A DNA stretch of 64,000 nucleotides from Octopus sinensis. Its lineage: Eukaryota. The notes beneath the pieces are model-generated. The model was not told the DNA's origin, ran no database searches, and saw only the letters and a list, made by a program, of their open reading frames with translations. Positions 1 to 13,762 of the stretch are shown here, one piece after another; positions within the stretch are counted from its first letter, which is position 1, and every line of letters starts with the position of its first letter. The position numbers were made by a program, and so were the translations under genes. The stretch spans positions 109,554,001 to 109,618,000 of the forward strand of contig NC_043003.1 of assembly GCF_006345805.1 (NCBI RefSeq), in the 5' to 3' direction.

Positions 1-9
1 AAACACCAT

Positions 10-206
10 ATTTCAAATTTTAACTCAAAGCCTGGAATTTGGGGTTGGACGTTTGGCCGATTACACCGACCCGGTACTTACTTCATCAAGCCCAAAAGGA
101 TGAAAGGCAAAGTCGACCTTGACGGAATTTGAACACAGAACATAAAGACAAACGAAATTCCACTAAACATTTTTGTCCGGCATGCTGACAGTTCTGTCAG
201 CTCTCC
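10..206 (-). mobile_element. tRNA-derived SINE family A, degenerate copy
   Basis: Reverse complement carries the family A motifs (ctgacagaactgtcagca...gttctgtgttcaaattccgtcaaggtcgactttgcctttcatcc). A second, more decayed copy follows at about 225-362. Confidence 0.8.
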
Positions 207-1130
207 TTTCTCAGCTGTTTAACAATCCTTTCTTCTGTGGGCACGTGGCCTAATTCTCAAAACACAAGACTTAATTCCGAAAACATGAAAAGGAAAAGTC
301 GAACCCAGCGGCATTTGAACTCGGATAATAAAGTCGGTAAAATGCTAAGCCGTTTGTCCGGCACAATAAAACAACCTCTGTTATCCAATAGCTGAAAGGT
401 GGGCAGCTCACCACCTTTCAATTATCGAATAACAGAAGTTGCTTTACTTCAAACTGTACATTACTCCACTCTGTATCACTGAAAGGTACCCTCCTTTAAA
501 AAAAATATTATTGAAAGAATTAATAACCTCAGCAATGTAAAGATGCAATGTACATCATAATTAATCTCGCGTCAGATCTTACTACAACTTCATAAGACCT
601 AAACCTCTCATAAGTATCCGTGCCTTTTCTAAGCTCGAGTATATTGTACGCAGTTGCGCAGTTGAGAAAAGGTTTCCTGATCGTTACGGTGTAGAGTTTC
701 TTATTGTTGTCAGCCACCCATTTTTAGGTAAACAACTGCAAACACAGACAAGTTCGTTCATACGCACATATATTTTATTTACACACACACACACACACAC
801 ACACCACACACACACATATATATATATATATGTATATTTGCAGGTATGTATGAAAGCACATTTTAAAGTATTTATGTATGTGCGTGTGTATACATATACT
901 CACACGTACACACACACACACAGAGCACACAGACACACACACACACATACATACATACATACAAACATACATAATACATACATACATACATACATACATA
1001 CATACATACATACATACACACACACACGCACACACACACATATATAACATACATTTAAGAGTGATGACCACTAAGTGGGGATCCATTATGCTATAGGTAG
1101 ACCCCATATGGTCTGACCACTAATAAAAAT

Positions 1131-1175
<45 letters not shown>

Positions 1176-1385
1176 TGCTTTCAAATTTTGGCACAAGACC
1201 AATAATTTCTGTGAGGGAGTAAGTTGATTACAGGGACCCCAGTGTTCAACTAGTACTTATTTTGTCGACACCCGAAAAGATGAAAGGCGAAGTCATCCTC
1301 GGCGGAATTTGAACTCAGAGCATAAAGACGGACGAAATATCGCTAAGCATTTTCGCCGACGCTGTAACGATTCTGCCAGCTCACC
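1176..1385 (-). mobile_element. tRNA-derived SINE family A
   Basis: gagctggcagaatcgttacag head with B-box-like gttctgagttcaaattccgcc on the minus strand and the family body. Confidence 0.85.
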
Positions 1386-1394
1386 TAATATACA

Positions 1395-1432
<38 letters not shown>

Positions 1433-1994
1433 ACACACACACACCCTGCACATATTTATACGTATGTATGTAGTCATATTTACAAGCTTAAATATATAAA
1501 TGAATTTATATATAGAAATTACAGAGTATGTAATAAATTTAGCTTCAACACACGCTCTCAGATCAAATCACATGCCAGACAAATATAACACCGAAATCTG
1601 TCTGTCTGTCTGAATGTATGTATGTTTGTATGTTTGTATGTAGTAGTAGTAGTATTACCCTGTTGTGAAATTTAATTAAGCCTAAGAGAATTCTCAGTTC
1701 TGTTTGGTAGAGTGGAACAATATTCGGGGTTTCTAGTTTCAGACAGCCTCAGCTGATGATCGAAGTCAGGAAACCTCGAGTAGTAACACACAGAGCTTTG
1801 AAAACATAGACACATACAAAGGCACGTCTGCACACACATACATATATAAATATAGGGAGGTCTCTTCTCTTGTTTTCGACGATAAGTATTCGAACTGAAC
1901 ATTTTACTCATCCAATTATCCCGTCAGTGGCCAAATAGTCTGCAGACTAGAACGTATAATTTACTGGAATTGAAAGGTTATGGTGGGATTCGAG

Positions 1995-2037
<43 letters not shown>

Positions 2038-2187
2038 ATATATATATATATATATAATCAAAATAAGCAACAAGGATGTCCAAGGTAGTGTAGTACAATA
2101 GTTTCATGCTACTTCCTTTTATTAAACAATGTAAATATTGCTTTACATTTAAAAAATGATGTAATACTTACATTGTTTAATGAAATC

Positions 2188-2287
2188 NNNNNNNNNNNNN
2201 NNNNNNNNNNNNNNNNNNNNNNNNNNNNNNNNNNNNNNNNNNNNNNNNNNNNNNNNNNNNNNNNNNNNNNNNNNNNNNNNNNNNNNN
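2188..2287. other. Assembly gap (100 N)
   Basis: Run of exactly 100 N, the usual placeholder for a gap of unknown size. Confidence 0.98.
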
Positions 2288-2572
2288 TGTTTTGCTTGTA
2301 GCCTCACAGATGAGATCATGAAGCATTGCTTTGTGGCGCATGTATGTATGTGTGCACGTGTGTGTGTGTGTCTGCATGCGTGCATTCTTGCATGCGTGTG
2401 TGCGTGTATCATGAACATGTTCGTTTACTCTTTTACTTGTTTCAGTCATTTGACTGTGGTCATGTTGGAGCACCGACTTTAGTCGAGCAAATCGACCCCA
2501 GGTCTTATTCTTTGTAAGCCTAGTACTTATTCTATCGCTTTTTATCCTTTCGGGGTTGGTAAAATAAATACC

Positions 2573-2805
2573 TATTTCTTTATTACCCACAAGGGGCTAA
2601 ACACAGAGGGGACAAACAAGGACAGACATAGGTATTAAGTCGATTACATTGACCCCAGTGCCTAACTGGTACTTAATTTATCGACCCCGAAAGGATGAAA
2701 GGCAAAGTCAACCTCGGCGGAATTTGAACTCAGAACGTAACGGGAGACGAAATACCGCTAAGCATTTCGCCCGGCGCGCTAACGTTTCTGCCAACTCGCC
2801 GCCTT
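2573..2805 (-). mobile_element. tRNA-derived SINE family A, full-length, with L1/Tx1-like 3' tail
   Basis: Head ggcggcgagttggcagaaacgttagc, B-box-like gagttcaaattcc, tail tgtctgtccttgtttgtcccctctgtgtttagccccttgtgggtaataaagaaata. More family A pieces follow at about 2806-2900 and 2920-3105. Confidence 0.9.
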
Positions 2806-3183
2806 ATTGGTAAAATAAATACCAGTTGGGTACTGGGGTTGATGTAATCCACTTACCCACTCCGCCGGAATTATTGGCCTTGTGTCAAAATTTGGAACCA
2901 CTATTTGAAGTGGGTGGGTGGCGGTGCTATGTCGATACCCCCGAACCCAATACCCCTTTGGTACTTTATTCTATCATCCGACATGAAAAGAGGTGAAAGT
3001 CAAAGTTGACCCCGGTTGGATTTGAACTCAGAACTTAATGAGTCGGAACAAAAACCGCCAAGCATTTTCTCCGTCGTTCCAACGATTCTGCCAATTCGTC
3101 GCCTTCTTCCTGATTGATAATTATTTTGGTGCATCTGTGTTAAAGGTGCTTCCTAGTCGTGAATGTATAAATGAAACTATTCT

Positions 3184-3350
3184 TTAATTAAATTCTTTAA
3201 TTAAAACACTGCATTTAAGACCCAATTGATCAATATGTCCGTCCATTATTTTAGAACACATTTGGGCATTATATGAAGGCGGTTTGACTTCTGTTAATTT
3301 CTCAGCAGGTTGAGCAACCACGTCGTGGACTCCTTCCACACTGGCTTTCT
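3184..3350 (-). CDS. Candidate terminal coding exon, product unknown (KASVEGVHDVVAQPAEKLTEVKPPSYNAQMCSKIMDGHIDQLGLKCSVLIKEFN*)
   Basis: Acceptor cctttcataacacctttcag, then 55 codons including the TAA stop in non-repetitive sequence. No homology recognised. Confidence 0.25.
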
Positions 3351-3911
3351 CTGAAAGGTGTTATGAAAGGGCGGCATACAAAATAGATTTAATAAGTTAA
3401 ATAAGGATGAGGCAGCCGATGGTGATGACAAGTTTGACATGGGTAGTTTGTATCCTGTCGGAAAAATTGCCGCAAGTATTTTCCCCGGCATGCTAAGTTC
3501 GCCGTATTTTTTTGTTTAAAATACATTTATCGTACCTGGTTTAAATATTTTATTTCTTAAGCAAAATTACGACCCTTTTAAACACCCAGTGCTACTCCTA
3601 GCGACTTTATGAGATTTGCTATCTTCCTTGGGAGCTCGCAATATCGTCAAGAGGACGCTATTGCCCAGCTTAAGAGCCACTGCCCTGCAGAATAACTGAA
3701 TAACTGAATAACTGAACAAGACTTGCTGGTTTGAACACATTGCTCTTGCTGCTTACAGCAGTGATCTACATCATCGTGTGATACCTACTTATTGCTGCTT
3801 AACTGTGCCGCCAGCTGTTAAATAGCTAACATATTTACGCACCGATATTCATGCACACACTCATTCACACATATATATAGACAAAAAACATACCATGCCC
3901 CCACATACACA

Positions 3912-3957
<46 letters not shown>

Positions 3958-4250
3958 GCGTGTATAAATATAAGTATGCATGCACACACATAGATGAATA
4001 CATACACACACATGTACATACGCACACGATCTGTTATCTTTTTCTGATTTGACATAGTTCTTGACTTCTAGTGATTATGTATATACATGTATATATATAT
4101 ATACAAACCTACATATATAATTCGACACACACACACAAGCATATATATATATATGTGATTCTATCGTCAATAAATCATAAATCCGAAAGAGGAGCACACA
4201 CTAAGTTACAGAGCAGATGTTAGCTATGACCGGTTCATGGGGTTATCCAA

Positions 4251-4361
4251 GGTTTTGCATTCATAAAGCGCTCAGCTTTACACACGTCTCATCAAACCAC
4301 ATAGAGGCTTTAGGGTCTGACGAGACGTGTGTAAAGCTAAGCGCTTTATGGGCGCGAAACC
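4251..4361. repeat. Inverted repeat/hairpin with 48-bp arms and 15-nt loop
   Basis: 4251-4298 matches the reverse complement of 4314-4361 at 41/48 positions; all 7 differences are transitions. Confidence 0.9.
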
Positions 4362-4708
4362 CTCGTTTCGTGCTATTTAAGTTTGTTTTTCTTTATTAGC
4401 GGTGGTGAGAGTGGTGTCCAATACGATTATGTTTTCTTCGTATGTCCAGTGAGTGTTTTTCTTTGCTGTTAAAGGAAACAAAATTGGTGTGGCCTCACTT
4501 CAGGTCATCTTCTAGGTACCTATTCATGGTCACAATGTCAGCTTGGCGTGATGAGATTAAGTTGTACATGGATGAAGATTAAGATTTGAGAGGTGGTTTG
4601 AAAGGGTGGTATTCAGTATTATTTCAAGATTTCTAGCCAATAGAGAATAAATCGCTTTGTAACCTAGATCGAAGGTTCCATCATTGGAATTTCAACAACA
4701 TCAATAGG

Positions 4709-4825
4709 GTATGTATGTATGTATGTATGTATGTATGTATGTATGTATGTATGTATGTATGTATGTATGTATGTATGTATGTTTGTATGTATGTATGTAT
4801 GTATGTATGCATGCATGTATGTATG

Positions 4826-4859
<34 letters not shown>

Positions 4860-5229
4860 TGTATGTATGCATGTATGTATTTATGTATGTATGTTGTATG
4901 TATGATTATGTATGTATGCATGCATGTAATGTATGTATTGTATGTATGTAATGTATGTTGTATGTATGTATGCATGCATGCATGCATGTATGCATGCATG
5001 CATGTACGTATGTATGTATGTATGTATGTATGTGATGTACGTATGTATGTATGCATGCTGCATGCATGTATATATGTATGTCTGTATGTATGTATGTATG
5101 TATGTATGTATGTATGTATGTATGTATGTATGCATGTATGTATGTATTATGTATGTATGTATGTATGTATGTATGTATGTATGTTGTTTGATGTATGTAT
5201 GTATGTATGTATGCATGCATGTATGTATG

Positions 5230-5263
<34 letters not shown>

Positions 5264-5561
5264 TGTATGTATGTATGCATGTATGTATTTATGTATGTAT
5301 GTATGTATGTATGTATGTATGTATGTATGCATGCATGTATGTATGTATGTATGTATGTATGTATGTATGTATGTATGTATGCATGCATGCATGCATGTAT
5401 GCATGCATGCATGTACGTATGTATGTATGTATGTATGTATGTATGTATGTACGTATGTATGTATGCATGCATGCATGTATGTAATATATGTATGTCTGTA
5501 TGTATGTATGTATGTATGTATGTATGTATGTATGTATGTATGTATGCATGTATGTATGTAT
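4709..5561. repeat. Large imperfect (TATG)n microsatellite
   Basis: Directly visible; source of the MYVC/HTYI pseudo-ORFs. Confidence 0.97.
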
Positions 5562-6486
5562 ATTACATTTCATTAGAAAAGTAAATGAGTTAGCTTTCGT
5601 CTGAAACGTCATAAGTCGTTGAGTATATATTCTCAAATTCTTAAACAGAAGCAAACGTTCGAAAAATGATAACAAAAAGATCTTTTCTATTTGGCACACA
5701 AAAACGGCATTTTTAAAAAAAAATTTCTACACTGATACAGTTTTTCGTGTTAATTACATAATTCATAACCGTATCTTTTAGGAGAAGGGGTGGAAAGTTT
5801 TCATAAAAATCGGATTTGGTATATAAAACTGAAAATACCCAAACAAAAATTATTTGTTGAGGGAAGAGGACAAAAAATTAAATAAATATTTGGGTTTAAC
5901 AGAAATATTTTTTCTGAGATTTCAGAGCAGCAGAAACTCAATCAACCAAATAAAATGAATTATGGATAACAGACAATAAATAAAATTAAAATATAACAAT
6001 AATAATAATAATCATAACTAAAGATTTAAACCAGATGCACCTTCTTTTGCCAATTTATTTTTTTGGAAGGGGTGTTGCAGAAAAATGTCAGATTGCACAT
6101 TAGTAGTGGTTGAGTGGTTGGAGTAAGGTAGAAATAATGGTAGTAGCTGTAGTAGAGTTGGAGTTGAATAATAAAGAGAAGGGAGAAAGGGAACCTGTGA
6201 AGATAGACGCGAGAGGTAGGATATCTAAATAATATCCAGTGTCAGTTTCACTGTACACGAAAATAGATCTTGTAGAGCAAAGTGTAATAAATATCTCATG
6301 AGCCAGCAATAGACAACAGGTACAGCGAGGTTTGCTACTACTTGTTTGTCTTTTTTGTATACTCATACACACACACACACACACCACACACACACACACA
6401 CACACATACACACACACAGACACACACACACATACACACACATACATACACACACACATATATATAAAAACACAAATAAGTGTGTG

Positions 6487-6531
<45 letters not shown>

Positions 6532-6751
6532 GATATATATAATATATATACCCCCCCACTACATATATATATATATATGTATATACACACACACACACAC
6601 ACGCAAAAGGTATATATATATATAAATCCCTCTATCTATCTAGATGTCTGTGTGTCCCTCCCTGTGTGTGTATAACTTAAGTGTTTCATGTAACTGATAT
6701 CAATCCACCAATATCATTTACATTTCTTCTCTGCGCTATGAAGAAAAACTA

Positions 6752-6831
<80 letters not shown>

Positions 6832-7019
6832 ATGATGAAGACAAAACTAATCCACCAGAGACGAGGATTTAGTTACATGATTGACTGAGGTATTTCTAGT
6901 AATGATGTGCTTTCGTACACCTCCTCCTCCTTCTCCCTTACCTCCCCCTTCTTCACCCTCTTCTCTCCTATTTCTTCAGTCTTCACATACAAACATACAT
7001 ACATACATACATACATTAT

Positions 7020-7180
7020 ACATAATGGCTGCCCCCTCGTTATCGAGTATGGCCATTGTACGAAGCTAAACTGTTATTGGTGCTGTGATCGAATGTGACT
7101 TTTTAGCCCAGCTAAAGATCTACAATGTCTTGTACAAAATTGGCAACTAAAACCTTTACTGGTAATAGCCGGCTGTAGTT
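7020..7180 (-). mobile_element. RTE-clade LINE 3' end
   Basis: Minus strand encodes GFSCQFCTRHCRSLAGLKSHIRSQHQ* (C-terminal C2H2-like motif of RTE ORFs), then ggccatactcgataacgagggggcagcc and a (TATG)n tail. Confidence 0.75.
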
Positions 7181-7809
7181 GTAACATACATACATACATA
7201 CATACATACATACATACATACATACATACATACATACATACATACATAAACCTTCTTACATCATCTCTCTGCCCTTCTCCTCTCTCTCTCTCTCTCTATC
7301 TTTCTATCTATCTATCTCGATATATTGGTAGAGTGGCAGAGACATTTCCTTGCAGTGTTCGTTCCAGCTTTCTGTGTTTTGAGTTCAACTCACGCGGAGG
7401 TCGTCTTTGCCATTCAATCTTTCGGAGCCAATAAAGGAATTACCAGTTGTATACGATCGAAGAATCTTCCCTTTCATCAGTCACTCATTCTGTGTTTCTT
7501 CCTCTCCTCTGGAATAAATCGACTATGATGAGACATGGAGAGGGATTGGGTTCCAGTAGGTCTAAAATGCCTGAAAAAAGCCGAGCTTAACATGCAGTTT
7601 AGGGATTTAAAAAATGTAAGTAAATTTACCGGAAACGACGAAAGCAACATCTCATAATTTGACAAAAAGAATATGAAGAGAACCAGCGAAATCGCTAAAT
7701 TTTTATTAACAGAACTCCTTCATTATGTCATATCCGTAAGCCCTTAATCTTATAGTACCTTCTATTGATATAGTTAGTATTTCAGAAATAGCAGCAGTAG
7801 TATACCGTG

Positions 7810-8125
7810 TGAATGCGCGTGGCTTAGTGTTTAAGTTATTCGGCTCACGTAATTTCGATTCCTATTGACGCGGTGTGTCCTAGAGCAAGACACTTTATTT
7901 CATGTTTCTTCAGTCTACTCGACTGGCAAAAATGAGTTAAACCAGTCATTCAAAAGGGCCAGCCTTGTCGCATTCTGTGTCACGCTGAATTTCCCTGAGA
8001 ACTACTCGCACGTTCAGGTACGAGTGTCTGTGAAGTGCTCAGCCATTTGCACGTTAATTTCACAAGCAGGCTGTTCCATTGATCAAATCAACTGGACGTT
8101 TATCGTCACAACCGACGGGGAGCCA
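7810..8125 (+). mobile_element. tRNA-derived SINE family C
   Basis: gcgcgtggcttagtg head, gtgtcctagagcaagacactttatt central motif; body shared with 14167-14487. Confidence 0.85.
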
Positions 8126-8424
8126 GGCAGTGCACCGTATCAGCGTATTATATAGCCTGAAACAAACACAAAGATGGCTTGCATGTCGGTGCATGATATC
8201 AATGCAATAATCAAGCACGAATACTGAGATGACGGGAAAAAAGGGTGTCATTGTTCCTATCTGTGCTCTATAGGGTGTCTATATAGAATTATGGTAGTTC
8301 AGTATCTTTACATCCGCTCAATTTACTTTCAGTTTTTTAAACTCCTAAATTGCACGGTAGGACTCTCTATACAAATTGAATTCTATATCAGGTGATGTTT
8401 CCACTGGGTAGCATATACTCTACT

Positions 8425-8660
8425 CTTTTACTCTATTTACTCTTTTGCTTGTTTCAGTTATTTGACTGTGGCCATGCTGGAGCACCGCCTTTAGTCGAGC
8501 CAATCGACCCCTAGACTTATTCTTTGTAAGCCTAGTACTTATTCTCTCGGTCTCTTTTGCCGAACCGCTAAGTTACGGAGACGTAAACACACGACCATCG
8601 ATTGTTAAGCGATGTTGGTGGGGATAAACACAGACACACAAACACGCACACACACACACA

Positions 8661-8722
<62 letters not shown>

Positions 8723-8885
8723 CGACGGGCTTCTTTCAGTTTCCGTCTACCAAATTCACTCACAAGGATTTGGTTGGCCCGAGGCTATAGTAGAAGACAC
8801 TTGCCCAAGGTGCAACGCAGTGGGACTGAAACCGGAACCATGTGGCTGGTAAGCAAGCTACTTACCACACAGCCACTCCTACGCC
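8425..8885 (-). mobile_element. tRNA-derived SINE family B (CORE-like centre, internal CA/TA microsatellite, conserved 3' module)
   Basis: Reverse complement of the family B structure seen at 12135-12530 and 55690-56090. Confidence 0.9.
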
Positions 8886-8914
8886 TATATACTTCAATGA
8901 AGTTTACAACTCTT

Positions 8915-9120
8915 GGGGAGCGACTTGGCAGAATGATTACTGTTCCGGCATTTCGTCTGTCCTTACGTTCTGAGTTCAAATGTGGCATGTGGCTGGAGTC
9001 AACTTTGCCTTTCATACTTCTGGGGGCCATAAAATAAATATCAGCTGAGCACTGGGGTCGATGTAATTGACTTACCCCCCCCGGACTTGCTGGTCTTGTA
9101 CCAAAAGTTGAATCGAATAT
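8915..9120 (+). mobile_element. tRNA-derived SINE family A
   Basis: cgacttggcagaatg head, gttctgagttcaaat, actttgcctttcat, ggggtcgatgtaattgacttaccc. Confidence 0.8.
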
Positions 9121-9189
9121 AGTTTACAACTCTTACATTACGAGACATGCATACATATGTACATATGTATGTGTCTATCGTATATGTAC

Positions 9190-9316
9190 GATAGACACAT
9201 ACATACATACAACATACATACATACATACATACATACATACATACACACACACATACATACATATATACATACATACATACATAATACATAAATACATAC
9301 ATGTGTGTGTGTGTAC

Positions 9317-9351
<35 letters not shown>

Positions 9352-10171
9352 CATGTAATTACACACACTCATACACACATGTATTGGAAACTTCATCCAA
9401 TTGAAAGTATTACACTGGTCAATTTGCTTGAGACAACTTGACATCTCAATTATTTCTTTTCATATTCAGTCCCTCACACGAACGCGCATCCACATACATA
9501 CATACATACATACATACATGCATACATACAAATATACATACATACATACATACATACATACATACATGCATACATACATACATACATACATACAAAAATA
9601 CATACATGCATGCATACATACATACATACATACAAACATACATACTTACATACAAAAATACATACATGCATGCATACATACATACAAAAATACATACATG
9701 CATGCATACATACATACATACATGCATACAAATATACATACATACATACATACATACATACATACAAAGATACATACATACATACATACATACATACATA
9801 CATACATACATACATACATACATACATGTAAGATGTAGCGAAAAATAAATAAAGATTAAGTATAAAAGATATAAATTTAGCAGACAAAATCGAAAAGTTT
9901 CTTTAGGAAATCTGTTCAAGTCGAAAAAGTATTTAGGAAAAAAAGAAAAACAAATAAAAAAAAACTCACGATAATCCGAAACAAATTGGGATTCGTGTCA
10001 TAGTTGGAAATCAACTTTGGAGTTTCCTGTGTTGTGAAGAGGGATGAATTAAGAATTTAGGAAAACAGCTTTTAGTCGCACACACGACTTGTTTTAACTA
10101 TATTATATGGGTATGCATACATACATACATACATACATACATACATACATACACATACATACATACATACA

Positions 10172-10203
<32 letters not shown>

Positions 10204-10213
10204 CATACATACA

Positions 10214-10245
<32 letters not shown>

Positions 10246-10251
10246 CATACA

Positions 10252-10283
<32 letters not shown>

Positions 10284-11125
10284 CATACATACATACATAC
10301 ATACATACATACAAAGATACATGCATACATATGAGTTCATTATATATGCATAGATATCTGCACGCATGAAACATATACATACACGCATCCATACGTACAG
10401 TCATATATACTTACATGCATGCAGATATACACATATGATGGCTGTCAACTTGTAGACAAGTATGGCCATCACTAGCAAATTATCTTATACAAAATATTAA
10501 AGACAATGGTTGTCGGCAAAGCCCGTATGAAACTTCGCTATGACCCTCACTTACGAAGCCAAATAATCTAGAAACAAGCGGACTGTAGGGTCTCTGGCTT
10601 CACAATGAGGTGGGTGTTATTTCTGTATTTCCTTCTCAGAGAAATGCCTAAAAAAAGAGGGGTGCACGCGGTGTACCAGACGATAGATATCGAAGTTATC
10701 GCAGACCAACGTTAGATGAAGTGTTTTGCCCAAGAACACAACGTGCGATCCGGCCCAGGAATTGAAATCACGACTTTGCGATTGTGAGCGCAACACTCTA
10801 GCGACTAAGCCATGTCACTTCGCTTATCCATCCATACATCCATCCAACCATCCATCCGTCCATCCATCCATCCATCCATCCATTCAACCATCCATCCATT
10901 CAACCATCCATCCATCCATCCATCCATCCATCCATCCATCCACACACACACACGCACACACGCACATATACATACATACATACATACACACACGCACACA
11001 CACATACATACATACATACATACATATATACATACATACATACATATATACATACATACATACATACATACATACATACATACATACATACATACATGCA
11101 TACATACATACATACATACATACAT
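9190..11125. repeat. Cluster of (CATA)n and (CCAT)n microsatellites with a decayed family C SINE (about 10560-10810, minus)
   Basis: Arrays at about 9190-9290, 9490-9830, 10115-10320 and 10830-11125; SINE head remnant aagtgttttgcccaagaacacaacg...gcgactaagcca. Confidence 0.85.
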
Positions 11126-11814
11126 GATGGCTGCAGACCCGTGTTCGCGCCTGATTGAAAGTCCCACACTAGCAAAAGCTACAACCAGCCATTTTTGCGA
11201 TAAGTTTTACTTTTCTTTTGCAAGCGATGCCTCTGCATAATGATTTTATTTTATAGTGACGAAAGGATTTACTCAAATCCAATCCCACTTTATGTTGTCA
11301 TGGACAACATAAGCTCGAAAAGAAGAACTGGTCTACATCATCGAATATTGTCAGTCTCGCAGCTTTTCTCTCAGTTCCCCTCTCCTAGAGAAATGTGATA
11401 GCAACAGAGGGGCCTCCCACTCCCAGTGGGCCGACAGCGTGCCTGGATACCAACCCAGGTGTTTCCAAGTCCTCGCACACATACATACATACATACATAC
11501 ATACTACATACATACATACATACATACAACATACATACGTACATACATGCATACATATATATATATGCATACATATATACATACATAATACATAAATATA
11601 TACACACATACATACAAACAGACAAACAGATATAGACTATTACATGCACATACATATCTTGTATGTACATGCATTTATGTGCATACATTAGGTTAAAAAC
11701 ATCTTGAATGAAAAAAGCGGAAAGCTACTTACGGGTCTCGAATCACACATTTACCATAACCATGACAGGCAAAATAGATACAGAAATACACACACACACA
11801 CACACACACACTCA

Positions 11815-12530
<716 letters not shown>

Positions 12531-12544
12531 TACCCCAACTATCG

Positions 12545-12766
12545 ATAATATTGGTCTCAAATTTTGGCACAAGGCCGCCAAGAATTTCGGGGAAGAGGTA
12601 ATTCAATTACATTGATCCCAGTACTCAACTGGTACTTGTTTCATCGGCCCCGCAAAGACGAAAGGCAAAGTCGACCATGGTGGAATTTGAACTCAGGATG
12701 TAAAGTCGGAAGAAATGCCGCTAAGTATTTTGTCCGGCACGGTAACGATTCTGCCAGCTCGCCGCC
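12545..12766 (-). mobile_element. tRNA-derived SINE family A
   Basis: ggcggcgagctggcagaatcgttacc head on the minus strand and full family body. Confidence 0.88.
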
Positions 12767-13507
12767 TAAACTTTCGATAATATCGATTTCTAACAACGGC
12801 CCTCTATATAATTGATTTCTGTAAGGTTATTGTTTTTGCCTTGTTGTATGATCGTGTGGATATTCCCGTTGCAAACACTACTGGAAATAGGATAAATGTA
12901 CAAGACGTAAAGAATAATCGTTAAAGATAGACGTAAAAGCATTAGACGTGATGGAGTAGGCGTAAACACTGGAGAAAAGTTGACTTTTATTCAGTAAAAG
13001 ATGGATTATTTTATCTCCTTAATCCCCTTAATGTTTTTATTATACCTTTTTCATTTTTCTTTGAAAACAATCTTCGGATTTTTGTTGTGATGATCAGAGA
13101 TTCAGAATCTAAAATAGATAAATTAAATAAACAATTATATATAAAGAAAATAAAAAAAATTGGTAAAATAACATGGTGGTGTATTATCTGTTGGTATCGA
13201 CGTTGAGCTGAATTCTTTCTGATGAGATTAGTATATGAACGGAGGAACATTTTATGAACACTCTTAATACAATTTTCAGACCCAGTCAACGTATCACTGT
13301 GTAATAAGGCCGGACCTTTGAACTATTGATACAATCCGGAGAATTGATCTCAGTTCTGGAACTTTTTAGACCAGGAAAGATTGGAAGACAAAGTTGGCTT
13401 CGAATAGGATCGAGCTCAGAAAGGAGAGAGCCAGAATGAGTATCGTAGGTACTCCGACACCACTTTAACGATTCTGCCAGTTCAACACTTCATATAACAT
13501 TATAAAT

Positions 13508-13762
13508 AATGAATGCGCCCTTTTAACGCTTAGCCAGGTTCATGGGCCCGGTTTCCCGGTTTCTATGGCGTAAGTGTTCCCCAGCTGGATGGGACGCCAG
13601 TCCATCGCAGCGTTACTCATTTTTGCCAGCTGAGTGGACTGGAGCAACGTGAAATGAAGTGTTTTGCTCAAGAACACAACGCATCATCCGGTCCAGGAAT
13701 CGAAACCACAATCTTATGATCATGATACTGACACCCTAACCACTAAACCACGCGCCTCCACT
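13508..13762 (-). mobile_element. tRNA-derived SINE family C, short-tail subfamily
   Basis: Near-identical, in inverted orientation, to 17403-17658. Confidence 0.9.

Noticed and set aside
536-741. Minus-strand ORF with ttgcag acceptor (CLPKKWVADNNKKLY...)
   Set aside because: No homology and an ambiguous donor; not distinguishable from chance in AT-rich DNA.
1753-1783. CTGATGA...GAAAC...GTA hammerhead-like motif
   Set aside because: Neither stem II (tcgaagtcag) nor stem I can pair.
4668-4708. Apparent 41-bp plus-strand exon with AGG|GTATGT donor
   Set aside because: The donor is supplied by the first unit of the (GTAT)n array, so it is likely coincidental.
775-5699. Long ORFs such as 4719-5576 (285 aa) and many MYVC/HTYI/THTH/YIYI ORFs throughout the track
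   Set aside because: They are translations of (TATG)n, (CA)n and (TA)n microsatellites, open in several frames on both strands.
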